A stretch of 64,000 bases of DNA, taken from contig JAVVEA010000005.1 of NCBI GenBank assembly GCA_032250835.1, positions 1-64,000 of the forward strand, given 5' to 3'. This document shows, piece by piece, positions 58,084 to 64,000 of this stretch. The notes under the pieces were generated by a model. The model was not told the DNA's origin, made no database searches, and was given only the letters and a program-made list of their open reading frames with translations. Each line of letters begins with the position of its first letter. Position 1 is the first letter of the stretch. A program made the translations under genes and the position numbers. The stretch comes from a bacterium. GTDB lineage: Bacteria; SAR324; XYD2-FULL-50-16.

Positions 58084-60228
58084 TTAAAAGAAGCGGGACC
58101 AATTAGACCCAAGCGCTGAGAAATGGCGGCCTAAGTACAGCGGTAGGGTTTTTAGATCCAATAGTTCGTCGAGCCGCTGCCGGTCAATTTCGCGGTCCAG
58201 CAAAAGAACCACCGGCCATTCGGCCAGCACCTCGCTTTGGCGGAGCAGGCGGAGCAGGCTCACCGCGACGTTCACTTCTTGATCGATCACCAGTAAATCG
58301 CCCTCTAGGGGTTTTAATTCTTCAAGGACCTGATTCAAGAAGCGGGCAACACGCAGGCCATTTTCCTTGGCCAAAGCCTCGGTGGCCACTTCGTCATCCA
58401 TATGCCCTTCAAGACGTTCGAGCAATTCGGGGCGAGCCACAAAGCCCGAAATTTCCATGGGCTTAAGCAACCCAGAAATACGCTGGAAGCTGCGGGCGTC
58501 ACGAGCCAGCAACACAACCTCACGCTCTTTGGGCTCGAAATTTTTCCGGACCCGGGCCTTGGCGGTCTCATCTAGCCGTTCTTCAACCTTCGGCAGCCAG
58601 TCTTTAAAGAGCGGCAGGCTGCGGACCCAGGCTTCCAAACAAGCCAAGGTCTCAAAGGACCATTGGAGCTGCTCGCGCTCGCTACCTAGTTCTTGCCCCG
58701 TTAAATCGCTCTGCATGCCCACTTGCCGTTTCGTTTCTTCGGCAATGCGGTCCAACTTTTTGAGCAAATAATCGCGGCTCTTGTCGGTTACCAAGACATG
58801 CCCGTGCTTTAAAAAGGGCACCAAATGGTCGGTCTTATAGGTGAGCAACGACTTCAGGTTGGTGAAGCCGCCGATATCAAAAAACAAATTTTTCCCGCTG
58901 CCTTGCAGGTGGCGGCTGATCTGCCGGGCCAGGGCCTCGTCTTCATAAAAAACCAAACAATCCTGGCCCAGCTTGAGGATCATTTCATCTGAGTTGGGCT
59001 CATAAATTTCGGCCCGATTCATCAACTGACCCAATAGCTCCAACTTGCGCCGGGCCATCACCTTAATATCCTCTTCTTGGGCCTTGAGTAGCTTGGCCCC
59101 TTCATAGGCTTTTTGGCGTTCGGTCAGTCGCTCTTTACGCCGAAAGAGCCCCTCGCGACTCCTAGCAATATCAGCCAACGTCATTTCCGTTGCGGGGGGC
59201 AGGTCCAACTCTAAGGCTTGGTCCTTGAGGTCTTCAAAAAAGGGCAGAGCCCAAAGCTCGGGAGGCCAGTTAAAATCGGCGGCACCCTGACTTAGGTCCA
59301 ACTCCAACGTCCCAACCTGGGGCTGGGTTAAGAACCCGGCTTGGTTTAGATGGTACTGCGCGAATAGGGCCAGGGCTTGATGGTCACAGCGAACCGCCAA
59401 GGGGATGCGGGCCTTGAGCCAAGCATGGTCCGACCAGCGTTGTTGGGCCCAATGGAAATGCCCCAACTCTCGGATCAAGTCGTAAAGCTTCAAGCCGAAG
59501 ACTTCGGCATTTTCGCTGTCCGGGTTTTGAGCGGCCATCAAATGCTCGATCCGGCAGCCGCCGGTTTCGAAGTAGTCTAGCTCGCGCAAATGGAAGCGGC
59601 GTTTAAGGTAGAGATCACCGCCAAAAACAAAAAAGCTCTGTGAAGCAGGAACGGGGAACTCACCTTCTTTGAGGTAGGCCATCAGCTCAAAAAACTCGCC
59701 CGGCTCAAAGGTCCGGCCCTTCCAATTAAACCCTTCGAAGGCTTCTAAAGGTAAGTTGCCCATCGCCCGCAAGGCTCCTTGCGCGGTCAGGCTCCAGGTC
59801 GGGGCTGGGTCGATCGGTTGGTAGTCTTCAGGGCCCTCGTCGGCCAAGCAGAGTTGTTCTTGTTGATCTAATTTGAAGCAAGGTAGTCCCTTGAAGGCAA
59901 AATCCTGGGCCTGTTCGATCCGGTAGCTGAGATAGCCCGGAAGGTCGTCGAGCATCAAAAACACCCGGGGGCGCGAGCGCTCGTTTAGCCCAGCCAGCAT
60001 CACCAAAAAGGACTCGATCAACTTCCCCCGTTCGGCTCCGCCGCGGTCCCTGAGCAAGATAATCTGGGGTCGGTACTCTACGACCGCCGCAAACCATTGC
60101 TCGGGGCTGTCGCTACGGATCACCTCCCGATCCGGCGCAACGGGGCCGGTGGGGAGCGCAGCGAGCAGCGGCTCTAAAGAGGCTTCGATTTCAGGGCCCA
60201 GGCCCAGCAGGCAAAACGGCTGGCTCAA
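58084..60228 (-). CDS. Hypothetical protein with coiled coils and degenerate receiver-like ends
   Basis: 714 aa ORF; EYRPQIILL and DLLVID..WPVVLLL segments. Confidence 0.65.
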   Translation of the reverse strand: MSQPFCLLGLGPEIEASLEPLLAALPTGPVAPDREVIRSDSPEQWFAAVVEYRPQIILLRDRGGAERGKLIESFLVMLAGLNERSRPRVFLMLDDLPGYLSYRIEQAQDFAFKGLPCFKLDQQEQLCLADEGPEDYQPIDPAPTWSLTAQGALRAMGNLPLEAFEGFNWKGRTFEPGEFFELMAYLKEGEFPVPASQSFFVFGGDLYLKRRFHLRELDYFETGGCRIEHLMAAQNPDSENAEVFGLKLYDLIRELGHFHWAQQRWSDHAWLKARIPLAVRCDHQALALFAQYHLNQAGFLTQPQVGTLELDLSQGAADFNWPPELWALPFFEDLKDQALELDLPPATEMTLADIARSREGLFRRKERLTERQKAYEGAKLLKAQEEDIKVMARRKLELLGQLMNRAEIYEPNSDEMILKLGQDCLVFYEDEALARQISRHLQGSGKNLFFDIGGFTNLKSLLTYKTDHLVPFLKHGHVLVTDKSRDYLLKKLDRIAEETKRQVGMQSDLTGQELGSEREQLQWSFETLACLEAWVRSLPLFKDWLPKVEERLDETAKARVRKNFEPKEREVVLLARDARSFQRISGLLKPMEISGFVARPELLERLEGHMDDEVATEALAKENGLRVARFLNQVLEELKPLEGDLLVIDQEVNVAVSLLRLLRQSEVLAEWPVVLLLDREIDRQRLDELLDLKTLPLYLGRHFSALGSNWSRFF

Positions 60229-60415
60229 TGTGATTTAGCGAACGAGGTTGTTGCGGATTTGCTCGAATCATAGAATATTCCTCCTCTGCCTTCAAGCCGT
60301 TAATCGGCCCGAGGCCAAATGAAGATGAACATTTTTTCATCCAAACTACCGCTTAAGTTCATCTTCAAACCTTAATTTGCGCCGACACCAAACTTAACAC
60401 TCTAATGTTGGCTTT

Positions 60416-61093
60416 ATGAAAACTAACATCTTTGTCCTGATCGGTCTGTTGCTAGCCGCTCTGATGTTCAGTTCCTGTAAGGAAGGGATCACTTCACACA
60501 ACATCGACTTGGACGGTGTTGAACATGGCAAGAAGCTTTATCAGGGAGCCAAGGACTGCACCGCTTGCCACGGTATCGCCTTAAAAGGCAATGGCTGGAT
60601 TCCAGGTTGTTACGACTGCCATGGGGTGATGTGGAACAAAGACGACCACCTCAAAGAACGCGGCGGTGTGATGCACAAACGAGGCTTTCAGGCGACTGAG
60701 AACTGTGGTTCTTGCCATGGTGGGGACGCCTTAACGGGAAAGCGTAGCCGGCCCAGTTGTTTTTCCTGCCACGGCGACAACTGGAGCGATTTGGCCTTCC
60801 ATAACGTAACCAAGAGCGGCATCCAGCACGGAACTAACTTGTTCGAGCCCAGCAAATACTGCGCTGGCTGCCACGGCTCGGCCCTAGACGGCGAGGGCAA
60901 CGCCCCCGGTTGTTATAGCTGCCACTACGACAAATGGAGCGCCAAAGTACCGCATACCACCATGCTCTACGGCTATGGCCACGCCGAGGCCTACAATAGC
61001 CCGCAAAACAACTGTAGCGAATGCCACGGCTCAGACCTGCGCGGCTCTAAGGCGGCACCTAGCTGCTATAGCTGCCACGGCCAAAAGTGGTAA
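60416..61093 (+). CDS. Octaheme cytochrome c lipoprotein (four diheme repeats)
   Basis: Lipobox FSSC; 8 CxxCH motifs. Confidence 0.9.
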   Translation: MKTNIFVLIGLLLAALMFSSCKEGITSHNIDLDGVEHGKKLYQGAKDCTACHGIALKGNGWIPGCYDCHGVMWNKDDHLKERGGVMHKRGFQATENCGSCHGGDALTGKRSRPSCFSCHGDNWSDLAFHNVTKSGIQHGTNLFEPSKYCAGCHGSALDGEGNAPGCYSCHYDKWSAKVPHTTMLYGYGHAEAYNSPQNNCSECHGSDLRGSKAAPSCYSCHGQKW

Positions 61094-61106
61094 AGTTTGG
61101 TTGCTA

Positions 61107-61138
61107 AAGGTCGGCCCCAAGAGATTGGGGTCGGCCTT
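61107..61138 (+). promoter_or_regulatory. Intergenic hairpin (mRNA stabiliser or weak terminator)
   Basis: AAGGTCGGCCCCAA-GAGA-TTGGGGTCGGCCTT without long U tail. Confidence 0.5.
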
Positions 61139-61192
61139 GATCGCCCTTGGCTAAGTAGGCTATACTGCTGGTGAACCACTTCGGGTAGTACC

Positions 61193-62389
61193 ATGCCTTG
61201 GATCCTACTATTCTTGTTCCTCTTAGCGCTGCCTTCTCCTGGCTCCGCCTATTTTGACGAAGACTGGGAGATTAAGCCCCACTACCTGGCCGAAGAAGCC
61301 TTCTTCGACCTTCTGGCCTACCAATATCCCGCTGATTGGGAGCAACGCTTCACCGCACAGCGCAATGGACTGCGTTCGACGGTCGGTAGCATCAGCATGG
61401 AAGATTTCTACCAGCACCTAGAGGTCCACCTTGCCCAAGATCTGGGTTCAGACCTGGACTTCGGTTACCACTACGAAGAAACCTCCTTATACAAACCCAC
61501 CCGACCGAGCCAAGAAGCCTACCTAGCCTGGGGCCGTCCCTGGCGCTTCGACCTCTTAGGTTTTCCCTCTCAAGACAAATCCCAGGGCGACCTAGGCTGG
61601 GCCGTAGGATACGGCAGGCGGCACGAGACCAAGTATTTTCGGGCCTCAAGGCTCTACCAAAATGCTTTGTACAATGAAAAACGTAAAACCGACGAGGTCA
61701 GTGCCGTCTTAGACGAAGCAGTGGTCACTCCGGTGACGGACCGCGTCGAATGGGTCTGGCGTGAAGAGGGGGGCTATTTTCTGGCCGGTGAGGCAATCTG
61801 GGAACATAGGGCGGAGCACCGCTGGCTTGAGCCGGAACTAACCCGCAGCCACCAAGCCCAAAAGCTACGGCTGCGCGGCGAGTGGGGCGGGGAACAAGCT
61901 TTAGGGATCAAGGCCATCAGCGACCGGCAACGGCGCACCCAGGTATCTGCCGAGCAGGAGCGAACGGCCCAGGATCTTGGGTTTTATTGGTTAGAGGCCT
62001 ATGGCCGCACAACGCTGTTGGAAAAACTTCAAATACAACTAGGCAGCCAGCGGGGCCGGTTTGAAAACCAGATCACCGCCGACCGGGCGGCGGATCGATA
62101 CCAAAACAAACTAGACAGCGCCCAGCTCTACGGCCAAATCCGCTACCGCAGTTCTGCCCATAGCGAATGGTTCACCTCCTTGCAAGCGGGACCCTCACAT
62201 TTAGTCAAGCGCTTCGACGACTCAAACAATGATATAGATTCCCAAACCACGCAGCTTAAGGCCAGTCTAGGGTATCTTTTAAGTAAGCTGGATCGTTGGC
62301 AACTTTATCTCAACAGCACCTGGGATTTGGATGTTATCCATTACCGGCAATGGGACGGCGGGAACCTAATGGTGCAGATGTTTTTTTAG
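61193..62389 (+). CDS. Probable outer-membrane beta-barrel protein
   Basis: Signal peptide; alternating amphipathic strands; C-terminal GNLMVQMFF beta-signal-like end. Confidence 0.65.
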   Translation: MPWILLFLFLLALPSPGSAYFDEDWEIKPHYLAEEAFFDLLAYQYPADWEQRFTAQRNGLRSTVGSISMEDFYQHLEVHLAQDLGSDLDFGYHYEETSLYKPTRPSQEAYLAWGRPWRFDLLGFPSQDKSQGDLGWAVGYGRRHETKYFRASRLYQNALYNEKRKTDEVSAVLDEAVVTPVTDRVEWVWREEGGYFLAGEAIWEHRAEHRWLEPELTRSHQAQKLRLRGEWGGEQALGIKAISDRQRRTQVSAEQERTAQDLGFYWLEAYGRTTLLEKLQIQLGSQRGRFENQITADRAADRYQNKLDSAQLYGQIRYRSSAHSEWFTSLQAGPSHLVKRFDDSNNDIDSQTTQLKASLGYLLSKLDRWQLYLNSTWDLDVIHYRQWDGGNLMVQMFF

Positions 62390-63096
62390 TGCAGGTCGCC
62401 AAAGTAGGCCCCGAAGAGACTTAATCCCGCCAAAGCGGCCGTATCGGCGCGCAGGACACGCGGGCCCAGCTTTAGGTATTGCCCCTGGAATCCCGCCAAT
62501 TCTTCTTGGGCAAAGCCCCCTTCGGGCCCCAACAACATCCGAGCCGCCCCCTCTAGGGCTAGGTCCTTCAATAACGGTCCCTCATGGTAAGGGTCCAGGA
62601 CAAAACAAGGCTCACTAAAGCTCGATACCAGCGGGCTGGTTTCTTCTAATCCCAGTTCCGGAGGCCGCTGACGGCCCGATTGTTTACAGGCTTCCCATAA
62701 AATCTTTTGCCAACGCTCCTCCTTTTTTTCCCGGTCTCGTCCTTCGGGAAGTCGTTGGCTATGTTCGGATTCAAACAAATAGATTCCCGCCGCGCCCAGC
62801 TCTGTGGCCTTCTGTAAGATAAAGTCCAGCGCCTTTTCTTTGACCATCGCTTGGTGTAGGTATAGCTTAAACTCGGGCTCCGCCGGAGGCGTCAATGGTC
62901 TTTGGGGCAAAAGTTCCAAGGAGCGCCGCTCGCGGGCCAAAACGCGGCAGAGGAAGCGTTGGCCGGTGGGGTCTTGGATTTCTAGTTCCTCATCAGCGCG
63001 GATCCGCCTGGACTGGAGCAGGTGGGCCGCTTCTTCGCCTTCAAGACGAAAGGCCTGATCTAAGACCAAATTCAGATCTGCCAGGAAATATCCCAT
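62386..63096 (-). CDS. rsmE: 16S rRNA m3U1498 methyltransferase
   Basis: QKATELG, EACKQSGR, GPEGGF, LGPRVLRADTA. Confidence 0.94.
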   Translation of the reverse strand: MGYFLADLNLVLDQAFRLEGEEAAHLLQSRRIRADEELEIQDPTGQRFLCRVLARERRSLELLPQRPLTPPAEPEFKLYLHQAMVKEKALDFILQKATELGAAGIYLFESEHSQRLPEGRDREKKEERWQKILWEACKQSGRQRPPELGLEETSPLVSSFSEPCFVLDPYHEGPLLKDLALEGAARMLLGPEGGFAQEELAGFQGQYLKLGPRVLRADTAALAGLSLFGAYFGDLH

Positions 63097-63187
63097 GCCG
63101 GTCTTGTCAAAGAAAGGTTGTCAGAATAACTTGGGGCCAACGCTTTTGCATATCTCACTTTAGACCGCAAGTCCACCTGGAGCCTAG

Positions 63188-64000
63188 ATGACCGACCAGT
63201 TAAGCCAACTCCGTGAAATGACTCAGGTAGTCGCCGATACCGGCGATTTGGAATCGATCAAACGATTCAGCCCCGTTGACGCCACCACCAACCCTTCCTT
63301 GATCCTCAAGGCGGTCCAATCCAAAGCCTACGATCACCTACTTAAAGAAGCCTTAGATTACGGCGCAGGTTTAGGCACAGCAGAAAAATTTTCCGGGGCC
63401 ATCGATTACCTAGCCGCAGGCATTGGCCGCGAAATCCTACAGGTCATTCCGGGGCGCATCTCTACGGAGGTGGACGCCCGGTTGTCTTTCGACACCCAAA
63501 CGACCCTAGAACGAGCCCGCCGCATCATAGGTCTATACCAGCAAGCCGGAGTCGGCAAAGAGCGGGTCTTGATCAAAGTGGCCGCCACTTGGGAAGGGAT
63601 TCAAGCCGCCAAGGTCTTAGAAACCGAAGGGATCAACACCAACGTGACCCTGCTCTTCAGCTTTGCTCAGGCCGTAGCCGCCGCCGAAGCCGGGGCCTAT
63701 CTGATCAGCCCTTTTGTGGGCCGCATTTTAGACTGGTATAAAGACAACCAGCCCCAGAGCGATTTTGAGGGAGCACAAGACCCAGGGGTGATCTCGGTTA
63801 CCGAGATTTATAAGTATTACAAGAAACATGGGTACCAGACCATCGTGATGGGCGCTAGTTTCCGTAATACCGGGGAAATCTTGGAACTTGCCGGATGTGA
63901 CCGATTGACCATCGGGCCCGGCCTCTTAGAAGAGCTCCAAGCAACCAAGGCTCCGGTGGAACGCAAACTTAGCCCCCAGATGGATTTGGGAACGCCCGCT
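63188..64000 (+). CDS. tal: Transaldolase (3' end outside window)
   Basis: [43 protein letters not shown]. Confidence 0.95.
   Translation, partial: MTDQLSQLREMTQVVADTGDLESIKRFSPVDATTNPSLILKAVQSKAYDHLLKEALDYGAGLGTAEKFSGAIDYLAAGIGREILQVIPGRISTEVDARLSFDTQTTLERARRIIGLYQQAGVGKERVLIKVAATWEGIQAAKVLETEGINTNVTLLFSFAQAVAAAEAGAYLISPFVGRILDWYKDNQPQSDFEGAQDPGVISVTEIYKYYKKHGYQTIVMGASFRNTGEILELAGCDRLTIGPGLLEELQATKAPVERKLSPQMDLGTPA

Overview
Bacterial chromosomal window, mostly tightly packed housekeeping and envelope genes. Gene content (ccm system I, futalosine mqnA, mitochondrial-like EF-G, Sec-containing Rdx protein) suggests a deltaproteobacterium-like lineage, possibly SAR324-like; this is inference only. 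Left end (1-7.9 kb) is accessory. It holds a >2000-codon minus-strand SpvB/FG-GAP/YD-repeat RHS gene absent from the ORF track, because it runs off the window and has two 5' frameshifts, one at a (CT)9 microsatellite. That protein carries a His/Asp-rich loop and an internal two-TM plus lipobox insertion just before the RHS core. Between this gene and the zapA-6S RNA locus lies an array of 5-6 copies of an unrecognised structured motif with compensatory base changes. The rest encodes ccmDEFGH, a Kef-type antiporter, gshB, csp, aat, dapF, ClC, a hidden CxxU selenoprotein, ogt, spoIID-like, tilS, panC, hemH, fusA, mqnA, cinA, rpsU, lipoate ligase/lipA, comF, acyP, aroB, a kinase-AAA-GAF protein, cNMP-domain signalling proteins, tRNA-Lys/Glu, fbaA, argB, M23 peptidase, CapA, an octaheme cytochrome lipoprotein next to a predicted beta-barrel, rsmE and partial tal. 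At least three genes are followed by a diverged, decayed copy of their own 3' end. All calls were made by eye from motifs; no database search was run.
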